Positions 20,628-30,969 are shown, counted from the first letter of the stretch. The stretch: DNA of 64,000 nucleotides from Nitrosopumilus sp. (GCA_965238275.1 OZ250186.1:672001-736000), one strand, 5' to 3'. Notes: generated from the sequence alone by a model not told the origin. Numbers and translations: made by a program.

Positions 20628-20715
20628 AACATTGTTCCGGTAAGTGGTTGGGTTTACGTCTAATTCCACAATGTTGCAGACATCGAACCTAAACAGTTAG
20701 GGGTTCTGCCCGAAC

Positions 20716-20889
20716 CTACAGTCCTGACCTGTCAGGAATATAGTCCGTGGCCATGTTCACTGCCTGGTCCTTCATGATCTCGATATAGTCGTCATACTCT
20801 GCCTCAAAGTTGCAGTGGGGGCAACTTACCTTCGTAATCTCGTCGTCTAGGACCGCGACTTTTTCGCACTCCGGACACCTTGCATCCAT
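20716..20889 (-). CDS. Small zinc-ribbon protein, 57 aa
   Basis: Manual translation MDARCPECEKVAVLDDEITKVSCPHCNFEAEYDDYIEIMKDQA...; two CxxC motifs; AT-rich TATA-like box upstream. Confidence 0.8.
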   Translation of the reverse strand: MDARCPECEKVAVLDDEITKVSCPHCNFEAEYDDYIEIMKDQAVNMATDYIPDRSGL

Positions 20890-20941
20890 ACCGTATCATG
20901 TTTCCCAAGATATTTAATCATACTTGACATAGACCCCGCAC

Positions 20942-21015
20942 GCGGAGTTAGTTTAGCCCGGTATGACGTCAGCTTCCCAAGCTGAAGGCCGCGGGTTCAA
21001 ATCCCGCACTCCGCA
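20942..21015 (+). tRNA. tRNA-Gly(CCC)
   Basis: Acceptor GCGGAGT/ACTCCGC, anticodon arm TCAGC-TTCCCAA-GCTGA, T-loop GTTCAAATC. Confidence 0.96.
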
Positions 21016-21969
21016 TCACAACTCCCTGATTGCCTGCTCGATGACTCCTCTGTCTGGTGCGCGCGGAAGATGCCTCAGATACCTCTTGAGATCATCCCTT
21101 GCCTTTGGGCCGTCCCCCTGCTGCTGCATCAGATAGGCCCTGTTCTTGTAGATTCTGGCCGATCTCTTCGGGTTGATTCCGATGGCCTTTGTATAGTATG
21201 ACCCTGCCTTTCCAAACTGTTTTGTCTTGAGGTAGTAATTTCCAAGACCGTTGCATGCAAGGTACGCCCTGTCGTTGATCTCCAGGCACCTCTGATAGAA
21301 CTTTACGCATTCAGGCAGGTTCTGCTCGTTCATCATTCCGCCAAGCATCTGTTGTGCAGTCGGGTTGTCCGGATCCTGCCTTGCAGCCTCCTTCAGCGAT
21401 GTCACTGCCCCGGCGCGGTCCCCCAGTATGGACTGCCTCTCTGCTTCCAGGCATAGCCGGTTTGACCTGCTGCCTGACTCGTTTTCGGGCCTTGCACCCG
21501 ACAGGACATCCGGCGGGGCCAGCAGAATCAGTAGCCGTCCGTCCTCGGACCACTCCTGTTCAAAGACACCCCGGGGTATTGCACCCTCCTGCTGTTCTCC
21601 CTCTGCAGTGCCTGTCTGGATGTAGTGTAGTATGCTCTCCTCGTCATAACCCGTAATTACTGAGGCGTGGTGGGTGATCTCCGGGATTCCCGGCAGGATG
21701 ACTATCGGGGGAATCCCCAGATCGATAACCCTCTTCAGTTCCCGCACTGATGAGCGTACCATCATGCATTCAAGGCCGTGCCGTTCTGCCATCTCTATTC
21801 CCTCAATCAGGACACTTCCATCAAACCCCTGGTATCTTTTTGCCGTCCTGGCTGCCTCTTCTATGGGCAGGTTGACATTCCAGTATCTCGACACTACGTT
21901 GATTGGCAGCGGAAGACAGATGTTCTCCCTGTCCACCAACGGCAGGATGAGCTCGTTGCTGTCTTCCAT
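21016..21969 (-). CDS. Peptidase C39-like domain plus TPR protein
   Basis: N-terminal ENICLP...HHASVITGYD; C-terminal TPR helices. Confidence 0.8.
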   Translation of the reverse strand: MEDSNELILPLVDRENICLPLPINVVSRYWNVNLPIEEAARTAKRYQGFDGSVLIEGIEMAERHGLECMMVRSSVRELKRVIDLGIPPIVILPGIPEITHHASVITGYDEESILHYIQTGTAEGEQQEGAIPRGVFEQEWSEDGRLLILLAPPDVLSGARPENESGSRSNRLCLEAERQSILGDRAGAVTSLKEAARQDPDNPTAQQMLGGMMNEQNLPECVKFYQRCLEINDRAYLACNGLGNYYLKTKQFGKAGSYYTKAIGINPKRSARIYKNRAYLMQQQGDGPKARDDLKRYLRHLPRAPDRGVIEQAIREL

Positions 21970-21999
21970 GGGACTGGTGAATCATACGAGTTATTAAAA

Positions 22000-22542
22000 T
22001 CATAGCAGACAGAATCTTCTTATGAGATCGCAGCCGTCTGTGCTCATCTCGGGATGGAACTGCGTTCCAAAGATGTCTCCCTTCTGGTGCATGATGATCT
22101 CATACCTGCCACCAGCAGACTCTGCAACCGGCACCAACGTTCCGGGCAGCCTGGATATCTCATACCCGTGACTCTCATAGACGTTCATGATGCCTTCTGA
22201 TATGGGATTCTCCATCGTGGTCATGACTGCCTGCCTGCCCTTCTGCAGTCTGTCTGTTCTCCTTATGGTTCCGCCCAGAGTCAGTGCCAGAATCTCTGCA
22301 CCATAACAGATTCCCAGCAGCTTTGCACCGCTCCCTATGGCATGTGTGATGACCCTTGAGTTGATCTCGTTGATACGCCTCTCGTTTCTCCTCCTTCCTG
22401 AGAGGATTACCGAGTCAAAATCTCCAAGGGAGTCCTGCCTGAGATCATACGGAGCCTGCGTCTGGAACCGAACCCCCGCATCCTCCAGCAGGCAGGTCAG
22501 ATTCTCTGTGTATATGGAGCCGTTGTCGACTACCAGTAGCAA
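22000..22542 (-). CDS. Class I glutamine amidotransferase (GMP synthase subunit A-like)
   Basis: VDNGS, LGICYG, ESHG, GTQFHPE. Confidence 0.9.
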   Translation of the reverse strand: MLLVVDNGSIYTENLTCLLEDAGVRFQTQAPYDLRQDSLGDFDSVILSGRRRNERRINEINSRVITHAIGSGAKLLGICYGAEILALTLGGTIRRTDRLQKGRQAVMTTMENPISEGIMNVYESHGYEISRLPGTLVPVAESAGGRYEIIMHQKGDIFGTQFHPEMSTDGCDLIRRFCLL

Positions 22543-25401
22543 CTAATTGCCTACCTCGATGGTGACAAAGTGCATCTCTGGTACGTCGTCCCTCACTATT
22601 ATGGTCCCGATATTGAAGTTGTTGTCGTCATCCCACACAAAGACCCGCTCGCTGCGCGGCGTGACAAAGTCGTCAATGAAGCCCAGCAGAAGCTCCTCTA
22701 CGTCTTCACGCTCGTCCTCTGTAAAGAAGAATATCTCTCCTTGGTTGAATTCAAGCGGAACCCGTATCGATGTCGGCTCTGCAACCATTATCTCGTTCTC
22801 CTCGAATACGGCCTTTATGATGTCGACTCTGGCGGCCCTGTCAAGCTCTATGAAGCCCTCGTCGGCTGCCACCGCGGTAGCAACTCCTGAGACCTTCTTG
22901 AGGTATGCCTCAAAGGCTTCTTGCTGGGTGTCGCCAAGTCCTACAAAGTATTCGCCGTTGAAGGCAGCGCCCACGGCTGCAATGGTTCCCAGCTGGGCTA
23001 CCACGCCTCCGGCTCCTGCCGTATACACCGGAATGAAGTAGATGTCCTGATCGCCTACCCGGTACAGGATGTTGTCACCAATTCTGGGGTTTCTCAGCAG
23101 CGTGTTTAGCTGCGCAAACTCGGGATCCCTGTCAAGTGCCTCCCGGACCGCAGTAGGACCGATCAGCTTGGTGGTGGAGTTGAGCGGAACCTCGTAGAAC
23201 TGCAGGTCTCCCAGGTTGGCAAGATCGTTTTCTACCACCATGTATCCTGCAAGGTTCCGGCCCTGCGAGCCCCTCAACTCAAGCGAGAGCAGTCCTAGGA
23301 ACTCTGTGCGCTCAAACCCTGGCGGCTTTGCCTCTACATAGTAAGTGTCAAGTCCGCGCGGAATCTCATAGAACTCGTTTGCCTGGATGAACGTATCGAT
23401 GCTGGTCACGTGATAGATGTTGTACATCTCAGTCTTCCAGTTGAAGAGCTCCGCCGGATACCTGATCTGCTCCTCAAGCCATGCAGGCATAGGCTGGAAC
23501 TGTTCTTCGTACTGTTCATAGAATATCTCTGTGAAAAAGTCATCACCGGTCTTGAGCAACTGGATGTTGCCATCGTACGAATCCACCAGGGCATATCCCA
23601 CAAGCCGCAGGTACGGATTGCCTACGGACCAGGGGACATTGTGGGTGTCAAATCCGATTATCAGCGGGATCAGCCAGTATGAGTTTGTTCCGTCAGTAAC
23701 AGGAAGCGAGTCCAGCTCCGTCCCAAACAGGTTGTAAAGGAAGTAAGGGTACAGCGTGGACATTCTGTCATTGACGTCCTTGTACCTCATGATATGCACC
23801 GCGTCAGCAGGATACGAAAGCAGGAAGTTTGGCTCAAATATCCAGCTTAGCGGAGGCGGAACATCCAGCCCTCCTATGCCAGAATAGAATGCGTTGCCCA
23901 GCTCGTCAGTCTCCGCGCCGCGGGACGTGGGGTATCCCGACCATTTCGTCTCAAACAGTCCGCCCTCCCCATAGTAGATCTCCCTCTGCTGGAAGAACTG
24001 GCTACTGTCGACAATCTGGCCTTCGGTTGCCTCAAGAGTGAGAAATCCGTTGGGAACGTGGGTGTATACGAGGTGCTCGTTATACCACAGGTTGTCTGCC
24101 GCCACCGATGAGGGTATGACGGGTTTCATCGACGCAGTCCAGTACAGCGTGTCGTTGAATCGAAGAATGTCGTTGTCCTCAAAGTCCACGTACGGGATGA
24201 GTCCTATCTCCGGCTTCAGCTTGGCAAATGCCGCCTGCCAGTCCCAGATCCGGATGACATCCAGTACGTCGCTGTTCTGTTCTACGTAGTTGTCTATGTT
24301 GTTGGGCGATACCGATGTAATCTGGACATCGTGGGTGTTCTCCTGGATATCGTTTAGTTGGCCAAGATACCTGTTCACTCCTATCTGCTGGGCCGTGTAC
24401 GGACCAAGATACTCTATCTTCTTTGCGTCTGCTATGCTGTCGTTTACTGTAATGACTACGAGGATGGCTATGGCAATCGCAACTGTGGTTAGGAATCTGA
24501 TGTATACGTCCCGCTTGAACATGTGCGTCAGCACGCGCGCCCGTATCCTGTCAATGATTGAAAAGACGATTAGTGCCGCCCCGATGAGCAGCGTCCCCCC
24601 GACGACATACTTTGTGTTGTAATCAATCTGGTCTACAAAGAAGGAGTTCATTCCCGCCCAGAGCACGGCAATCCCGGCAATCCCCTCGATAGTCGAGACA
24701 TAGTTGAGGTATCTTGGCTTTCCATCCACCGAGTCCCTGATGTATGATGTAATTACATCGATGATCCTGTGAACCCCGACGTAGAGGACTATGCGCAGGC
24801 CTGCTGCTGCAAGGACTGCTGGAATCAGTATCACCAGAGCCGGAATCATCGGCACCACATTCTCTACGGCATAACTTGGCTCCGTACCCGGGTTTACAAA
24901 CGGCAGCGCGAAGATCTCTGGAATGTTCTCTATTCCAAGCGTGTTCCCCTCAAAGAACGCGACTGCGGCAAACCCGAACATGATGTTTGAAAAGAACGCA
25001 CCAAACAGCAGAATCTTGGTGACCTGCCAGATGCCAAACTGCACCGGCGAGAGCTTGTACTCCTTGAACCTCGCTATGCTTGACGCAAGAGGCTGCTGTC
25101 CTCCCTTGCCAAGGTGCCCTATGGTGGTGTTGACTATATACCAGAAGATCGACGCCCTGCCTGCAACATTTACACGTACAAGGGCAATTGCGGCAAGAAT
25201 GATGGTGGAGACAAGCGTGTAGTAGAGCGGCTTGCTGAACTGCTCGCCAAACTCTGTAAAGTTCATCGACAGTATGACTGCCTGGTTTCCCACCATTGCA
25301 AAGATCGCAACTGCGATGATTGCTACTATGATCAGCCTGAGATACCTGCCAGTATCCGGTGGCGGGGTCTGCTTGTCTGTAGCGGCGCTATACAAAATCA
25401 A
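22543..25401 (-). CDS. UPF0182 family membrane protein
   Basis: N-terminal TM bundle; IRIWD, HLVYTH, IYYGE, PYLR, VDSYDG, IRYP motifs. Confidence 0.88.
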   Translation of the reverse strand: MILYSAATDKQTPPPDTGRYLRLIIVAIIAVAIFAMVGNQAVILSMNFTEFGEQFSKPLYYTLVSTIILAAIALVRVNVAGRASIFWYIVNTTIGHLGKGGQQPLASSIARFKEYKLSPVQFGIWQVTKILLFGAFFSNIMFGFAAVAFFEGNTLGIENIPEIFALPFVNPGTEPSYAVENVVPMIPALVILIPAVLAAAGLRIVLYVGVHRIIDVITSYIRDSVDGKPRYLNYVSTIEGIAGIAVLWAGMNSFFVDQIDYNTKYVVGGTLLIGAALIVFSIIDRIRARVLTHMFKRDVYIRFLTTVAIAIAILVVITVNDSIADAKKIEYLGPYTAQQIGVNRYLGQLNDIQENTHDVQITSVSPNNIDNYVEQNSDVLDVIRIWDWQAAFAKLKPEIGLIPYVDFEDNDILRFNDTLYWTASMKPVIPSSVAADNLWYNEHLVYTHVPNGFLTLEATEGQIVDSSQFFQQREIYYGEGGLFETKWSGYPTSRGAETDELGNAFYSGIGGLDVPPPLSWIFEPNFLLSYPADAVHIMRYKDVNDRMSTLYPYFLYNLFGTELDSLPVTDGTNSYWLIPLIIGFDTHNVPWSVGNPYLRLVGYALVDSYDGNIQLLKTGDDFFTEIFYEQYEEQFQPMPAWLEEQIRYPAELFNWKTEMYNIYHVTSIDTFIQANEFYEIPRGLDTYYVEAKPPGFERTEFLGLLSLELRGSQGRNLAGYMVVENDLANLGDLQFYEVPLNSTTKLIGPTAVREALDRDPEFAQLNTLLRNPRIGDNILYRVGDQDIYFIPVYTAGAGGVVAQLGTIAAVGAAFNGEYFVGLGDTQQEAFEAYLKKVSGVATAVAADEGFIELDRAARVDIIKAVFEENEIMVAEPTSIRVPLEFNQGEIFFFTEDEREDVEELLLGFIDDFVTPRSERVFVWDDDNNFNIGTIIVRDDVPEMHFVTIEVGN

Positions 25402-25476
25402 CCTCTATTGCCGCATGGTAAATTAATGTCTTACCAGCGTCGTGTGGAGTGGTGGCATATGTGCCCTGCCTGACAT

Positions 25477-26595
25477 TCATCCCGCACTTGCCACTCCCTT
25501 GCATATCATATATACTGCAGCGTACATGGGGACGCTCACCTTCTCATTGGGGTACGGGCCAAACCATCTGTTGCGCAGCTGGAACCGCACCGGGCAGTCT
25601 GCCCGAACCTCCGTCGTATCGTCATCAAGAAGGGACGCTGCAGTGTACGGGTTGAACTCTGCCGGATTCCTGCAGCGGATCTTTACAAGCCCGCTCTTGC
25701 TGTTGATGGAGCCGGGCAGTCTGAAGATCCTGTGGATGTCAGTTGTTACGTTGGGATCTATTCTGACCCCGATCCTGCCTGAGGCGTCTCCAAGAACCCC
25801 CTGGAATGAGGCGGGGCCGCCTGCAAACAGTCCCTTGATGGTCTTGACCCTTGCAGATTTTGAGCCGATTACGGATCTTGCAAATCTCCCGCGCCATCCC
25901 TTCTCATCCATGCCTGGAAAATCCTTCTGGTCAGGCTTGTTCCTCATACCAAACGATCTGGGGATCGCCCCCTTGAACATAATATAGTCTGCAAGCTCTA
26001 CCCGCTCTCTGGATCCTGCCTTCTGAAACTGCGAGCCGTGCACATGGACATGAAACCCCTCGTTTCCAGAAAAATAGATCCGGATACCGCTTCTCTCCAC
26101 ACCAAGATCGTCTGTCAGTACCCGGCACAGTCTGTCAACCTGCCCCCCTGCCCCCCCAATACACTTCCTGCACGGCAGGGACTTTGCCTTCAGCCTCTTG
26201 GAACCGCATGCAGTGCAGTCCTGCCCCTGCCCGGCCCTGCCGCACTCTGTGCATACTGATACCGTGTGCTCCTTCCTGCACGGCAGGCCGAGATCCTTGG
26301 CATCGATGTCAAAGATCAGCTCTGCCTCCTTCCAGATCTTCTCGGGCATGGGCAGGTTGGGAAAGTGGTAGCATGCATTTGAGCAGTAGACGTCCGACGG
26401 CACGTTCTGCAGGAGCAGGAGGCGCAGCTCCCCGTCGTTCCTTACTGATATGTGACGGATCATGCCAGAATCAAACTTCTGGTACCCAAACTCCCTTTCA
26501 GGCGCACGCTCCGGCGTCTCAACCAGTCCTGAGTGCTCAAAGTAGTACCTCTTGAAGGCCCCCTTCAGGATCTCCATGTCTGCCTCGTGCATCAT
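25477..26595 (-). CDS. priS: DNA primase small subunit
   Basis: REFGY, ELIFDIDAKD, FSGNEGFHVH, IDPNVTTDIHRIFRLPGS. Confidence 0.95.
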   Translation of the reverse strand: MMHEADMEILKGAFKRYYFEHSGLVETPERAPEREFGYQKFDSGMIRHISVRNDGELRLLLLQNVPSDVYCSNACYHFPNLPMPEKIWKEAELIFDIDAKDLGLPCRKEHTVSVCTECGRAGQGQDCTACGSKRLKAKSLPCRKCIGGAGGQVDRLCRVLTDDLGVERSGIRIYFSGNEGFHVHVHGSQFQKAGSRERVELADYIMFKGAIPRSFGMRNKPDQKDFPGMDEKGWRGRFARSVIGSKSARVKTIKGLFAGGPASFQGVLGDASGRIGVRIDPNVTTDIHRIFRLPGSINSKSGLVKIRCRNPAEFNPYTAASLLDDDTTEVRADCPVRFQLRNRWFGPYPNEKVSVPMYAAVYMICKGVASAG

Positions 26596-28442
26596 CTTCT
26601 CTTACCAAACTGCATGGGGTTGATGATGTTGTCGCACTCGGGTGTGGCAAAGCATAGATCCTGCGTCCTGATCTTGTCACATGACGGACAGGCGTACTGC
26701 GTGCCGCCGCCGCCGCTTCCTGCAAGGTGGTTCAGTTGGTATGTTGTTATCTTCTCGTTGTAGTCCGGGGCGTTCTTGAACAGCGGTGCGATCTGCTTGA
26801 CTGACTGACCCCTTGCCAGCAGGAACGTGGCCAGCATGAAGCGCCCCGAGTGTGGAAGATTCTCCCCCTTCTCCAGCACATCTATTGCATGTTTTATACA
26901 CGGAGGATACTCCCCGGTATCGACTGTGGGAACCACAAACTGCCTTGAGATCTCGACCAACTTCTCCTTGTATCCTTCAAAACCCGGAATCATCTCCGGG
27001 GTCTTGGCCTCTGTAATCTTTGTGGTGATGTGCTGTACCAGCTCGTGCCTGATCAACCTCACTGTTTCATGGGAGGTAATGTGGACTCCGCCGTCCCAGA
27101 CCCGCCTGTTGATAAGCTTCCACTCCCTTTCATGAAAGTGGACCGAATACCGTATGTAGTCTGATACGGGAATTACATAGTAGTTATCCCCTCTTCTGAC
27201 CTGGATTGAGAAGAGCTCGTAGAGTATTCTTGTTGCCAGTCTCTGTCTTGAATCATCCGTGCCGGCCAGATCGCCTTCAAGATACTTTTCTGCGCGTCTT
27301 GCCTCTCCCAGCGCAAACCTCCTGACCATGCTCTGGCTGCCGCACAGCTTTAGCATGATGATTGCCAGAAGGAACGAAAAGACCTCAGTCGGCAGTGCTG
27401 CCTCGTCTGACAGATTCTCTGACCTGTAGACCCCGCCCCCGACGCCGGTCCTGACCCTCTCAAAAGATTTCTTCATTATGTGTGCAAGATCCGGATCTGT
27501 GCCAAACTCCTCAGGCGTGAACTTTTTGTCCCTGAGATATTGTCCGGCATCTGCCAGAAACGGATACTTGGCCATCTCTTTCTCCCCCAATGCATGCATG
27601 CCTGTCTGCGCCACACCACCCGTGCTGTTCTGGGGGCCGATCCCTCTTCTGACAAACCTGATAATCTGGCTGATGGCGCCGTCCCCGTAGTCCTTCATTA
27701 TTCCCTGATTCCTAAACGATTCAGGATCAAGCGCTCCTGCAGAATCCGTCTCCAACCTCTCAAGTAGCCCGTCCCGCAGCCTCTCACACATCTCACGTGT
27801 CGTCTTACCGGAGGCGGCCCGCTTTTGGAGATCTAGGCCTGCCTGGTCAGGTCCGCTGTTGTGAACCAGCATGTGTCGCAAGCATCTTATTGCCTCGGCC
27901 GTCTCTTCATCCAGTATGCGCGCGGTTCTGTCCTCCCCTGCCGCAAGCCATATGTTTGTGATGAAACCGCTAATGTCGTTACCTGCCCTTGCCTTCTTTG
28001 CGTCATCGGCAAACGGGAGCAGGGCTGACAGCTCCCTGCCTGCCCTCATCCTTAACAGCTCCCTGGACAGGCTCTTGCGTCTCTGGTCTTCGGCGCCGTG
28101 CGCAGCATCCTGTGCATGAATCGGCCTGCCTGACGGATCAGCCTTCTGTGTTGTGCCTGCCTGCCTGCACTCCAAGACATCTCCGGTAAGAACAGTCATC
28201 CACTGTGTCCACATCAGGGCCATCTCCGTGGCCTTCTCCTCGGCCCTGCCCATGGTCGTGATGCCATCTGCGCTCCCCAGCATGATCCTAAACCCGGTAA
28301 TGCCGTGCGGCTCCTCTTCGTCCCTGACAAACTCGATAATATCGTCGTCTGCAATGTCATCAGTAATGATCCTCCCAGACAGATCAAATGCAGTCTCCCA
28401 TGTCTCTGGCATCACATCCGCTGTACTGTGGGGTTCTGGCAT
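26592..28442 (-). CDS. priL: DNA primase large subunit with 281-aa N-terminal extension (PriL core 26592-27599)
   Basis: Core: AKYPFL, WKLINR, YPPCI, LPHSGRF, YACPSC...C...C Fe-S domain; the upstream in-frame region is unrelated to PriL. Confidence 0.9.
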   Translation of the reverse strand: MPEPHSTADVMPETWETAFDLSGRIITDDIADDDIIEFVRDEEEPHGITGFRIMLGSADGITTMGRAEEKATEMALMWTQWMTVLTGDVLECRQAGTTQKADPSGRPIHAQDAAHGAEDQRRKSLSRELLRMRAGRELSALLPFADDAKKARAGNDISGFITNIWLAAGEDRTARILDEETAEAIRCLRHMLVHNSGPDQAGLDLQKRAASGKTTREMCERLRDGLLERLETDSAGALDPESFRNQGIMKDYGDGAISQIIRFVRRGIGPQNSTGGVAQTGMHALGEKEMAKYPFLADAGQYLRDKKFTPEEFGTDPDLAHIMKKSFERVRTGVGGGVYRSENLSDEAALPTEVFSFLLAIIMLKLCGSQSMVRRFALGEARRAEKYLEGDLAGTDDSRQRLATRILYELFSIQVRRGDNYYVIPVSDYIRYSVHFHEREWKLINRRVWDGGVHITSHETVRLIRHELVQHITTKITEAKTPEMIPGFEGYKEKLVEISRQFVVPTVDTGEYPPCIKHAIDVLEKGENLPHSGRFMLATFLLARGQSVKQIAPLFKNAPDYNEKITTYQLNHLAGSGGGGTQYACPSCDKIRTQDLCFATPECDNIINPMQFGKRR

Positions 28443-28578
28443 CTACCCTACATTGGAACTATCATCTAAAAGAAGTATCTCTTCTGAAGGCATGGTTCCG
28501 CACCGGCCAGGCTGAACCTGCTGGATGCAGGCACGTTCTGGACACGGGTTTAAATTATGTTCAAGGCAGCCTGAAGAC

Positions 28579-29418
28579 ATGCAGGTAGGATGCCATGTCT
28601 CAATATCTGGTTCCATTGACATGGCAGTAGACAACGCAGTCCGGAGAGAGTGCTCTGCCTTTCAGATATTTACCCGAAACCCGAGGGGCTGGCACGCAAA
28701 ACCCCTGACGGATCAGGACATTTCCAGATTCAGGTCAAAAATGGAGGCAAGCCGGATAGACAGGTTTGCGACATGCGCGCACATGCCGTACCTGCCAAAT
28801 CTTGCGACCCCCAAGGACGACGGCCTTGCAAGGTCAGTAAAGACCCTGATTGGCGAGGCCGGGCGGTGCGCACAGCTTGGAATACCATACCTTGTGACAC
28901 ACCTTGGAAGCCATCTGGGCACAGGCGAGGAAGCCGGGATGCGGAGGCTGGTAAGCGGCCTGAGCGAGGCCGGACGTACCGACCATGATGTCATGATACT
29001 CCTGGAGAACACCGCAGGCCAGAAGAACTCCGTGGGGTCTGACTTTGAACAGCTCGGGGAGCTCTTCGGACAGCTGAAACCTGCTGAAAGGTTCGGGGTA
29101 TGCCTTGACACGTGCCATGCATTTGTGGCAGGTTATGACCTTCGGACAGAAGAGAACGTAGAGAAGACCTTTGAAGAGTTTGATCGGCATGTGGGGTTGG
29201 AGCATCTGAAGATCATCCACCTGAACGATGCCAAGGGAGAGATGGGATGCAATCTTGACAGGCACTACCATCTGGGCCTGGGAGGCATCGGGGAGGACGG
29301 GATATCTGCCGTGGTACGGCTTGCCAACAGGAGAAAGATCCCGATTATTCTGGAGACGCCCATTGACGATGTCCGGGACGACTTTGCAAACATCAGAAAA
29401 GCAAAGGAGCTTGCGTAG
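28579..29418 (+). CDS. nfo: Endonuclease IV
   Basis: GCHVS, HMPYLPN, LENTAG, CLDTCH, HLND, DRH, ILETP. Confidence 0.95.
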   Translation: MQVGCHVSISGSIDMAVDNAVRRECSAFQIFTRNPRGWHAKPLTDQDISRFRSKMEASRIDRFATCAHMPYLPNLATPKDDGLARSVKTLIGEAGRCAQLGIPYLVTHLGSHLGTGEEAGMRRLVSGLSEAGRTDHDVMILLENTAGQKNSVGSDFEQLGELFGQLKPAERFGVCLDTCHAFVAGYDLRTEENVEKTFEEFDRHVGLEHLKIIHLNDAKGEMGCNLDRHYHLGLGGIGEDGISAVVRLANRRKIPIILETPIDDVRDDFANIRKAKELA

Positions 29419-29448
29419 GAATTTATTCAACGGCAGAGCCCCCAAGAC

Positions 29449-30906
29449 ATGAATTACGACGCAGTCATGAAGCTGGCCCTTGAGCGCGGGTTCTACTTTC
29501 CAAGCTGCGAGGTGTACGGGGATGCGCCTGCCGGATTCTGGGAGTATGGCCCTTCCGGCGTCGGCCTGAAGAACAAGTTTCTCGAACTGTGGAGGAGAGA
29601 GCTTGTCAGGAGGGACGGAATGCTTGAGATTGACGGATCCCAGATAATGTCAAGGTCAGTCTTTGAGGCATCAGGACACCTTGGAAACTTTGCCGATCCC
29701 ATAACGCGATGCACCAAGTGCGGCTCCACGTTCAGGGCCGACAAGATGATTGCAGATGCCGCACAGATCGAGATTCCCGAGAGTGCAGACCTTGAGGAGT
29801 TTGACGGGGCTATACTGCAAAACAACATAACGTGCCCAAGATGCAAGGGCGCACTTGCCAAGACAAGAAACTTTAACATGATGTTCGGGGTGGGCATTGG
29901 CCCTGACGCCGAGGAGGCATACCTGAGGCCTGAGACGTGCCAGTCAATCTTTGTTGATTTTCCCAGACTCTACAAGACCATGAGGGGAAGACTGCCGCTG
30001 GGAGTGGCACAGGTGGGAAAGAGTTTCAGAAACGAGATAGCCCCAAGACAGAGCCTGCTCCGTCTTCGGGAGTTCTATCAGGCAGAGATCGAGGTGTTCT
30101 GCAATCCGTCAAGACTGGATGACGTGGACGGATTCGGCCAGGTACAGGACACCGTGCTCCGGATTCAGACTGACTCTGAGCCGGTCTCTATGACATGCCA
30201 GGAGGCAGTAGACTCGGGAATGATTCCAAACAGGCTTGTCGCATACTATCTGGGATTGCTGACTGAGTTCTATGAAAAGACAGGCATTAACATCAAAAGA
30301 AGCAGGTTCAGAAGACTGGGCCCAAAGGAGAAGGCGTTCTATGCAGAGACGGCATTTGACTTTGAGGTGGAGACTGCAACGGGGTGGCTGGAGCTGGTGG
30401 CATGCAACTACAGATCCGACTACGACCTGTCATGCCATGCCAAAAAGAGCAAGGAGAAGTTTGAGGTAATGGATGGCACCGAGAAGGTGCTGCCGCACGT
30501 CTTTGAGATATCCATGGGAATCGACAGAAGCCTGTACACCATACTGGAGCACAGCCTCAACGAGGATGCAGAACACGAAAGGACGGTCCTGTCACTGCGA
30601 CCGTACCTGTCCCCGGTACATGTGGGGGTACTGTCCCTTGTCAAGAAGGACGGGCTAAAAGAGAAGACAGACGAGATCTACCTTCAAATCAAGAGGAGGT
30701 GCGATGCGTTTCTGGATCACTCCGGGGCGATAGGGAGAAGGTACAGGCGCCTTGACGAGGTAGGTTCCCCGTTTGCCATAACCGTCGATCATCAGACCCT
30801 GGAGGATGACACAGTTACAATCAGGGAGAGGGACAGCATGCAGCAGACAAGAATCGGCCTTCAGGAACTTGATGCAGTCATTGCAGACTCCATAGCATAC
30901 CCGTAG
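29449..30906 (+). CDS. glyS: Glycine--tRNA ligase (alpha2 type)
   Basis: LRPETCQ, FRNEIAPR..LLRLREF.QAEIE, IGRRYRR.DE.G. Confidence 0.95.
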   Translation: MNYDAVMKLALERGFYFPSCEVYGDAPAGFWEYGPSGVGLKNKFLELWRRELVRRDGMLEIDGSQIMSRSVFEASGHLGNFADPITRCTKCGSTFRADKMIADAAQIEIPESADLEEFDGAILQNNITCPRCKGALAKTRNFNMMFGVGIGPDAEEAYLRPETCQSIFVDFPRLYKTMRGRLPLGVAQVGKSFRNEIAPRQSLLRLREFYQAEIEVFCNPSRLDDVDGFGQVQDTVLRIQTDSEPVSMTCQEAVDSGMIPNRLVAYYLGLLTEFYEKTGINIKRSRFRRLGPKEKAFYAETAFDFEVETATGWLELVACNYRSDYDLSCHAKKSKEKFEVMDGTEKVLPHVFEISMGIDRSLYTILEHSLNEDAEHERTVLSLRPYLSPVHVGVLSLVKKDGLKEKTDEIYLQIKRRCDAFLDHSGAIGRRYRRLDEVGSPFAITVDHQTLEDDTVTIRERDSMQQTRIGLQELDAVIADSIAYP

Positions 30907-30969
30907 CCGTACGTGCTGGAACCGTCCATCTTCATGGAATGCACCTCATGTGAGAATGCATGGTCCGGC

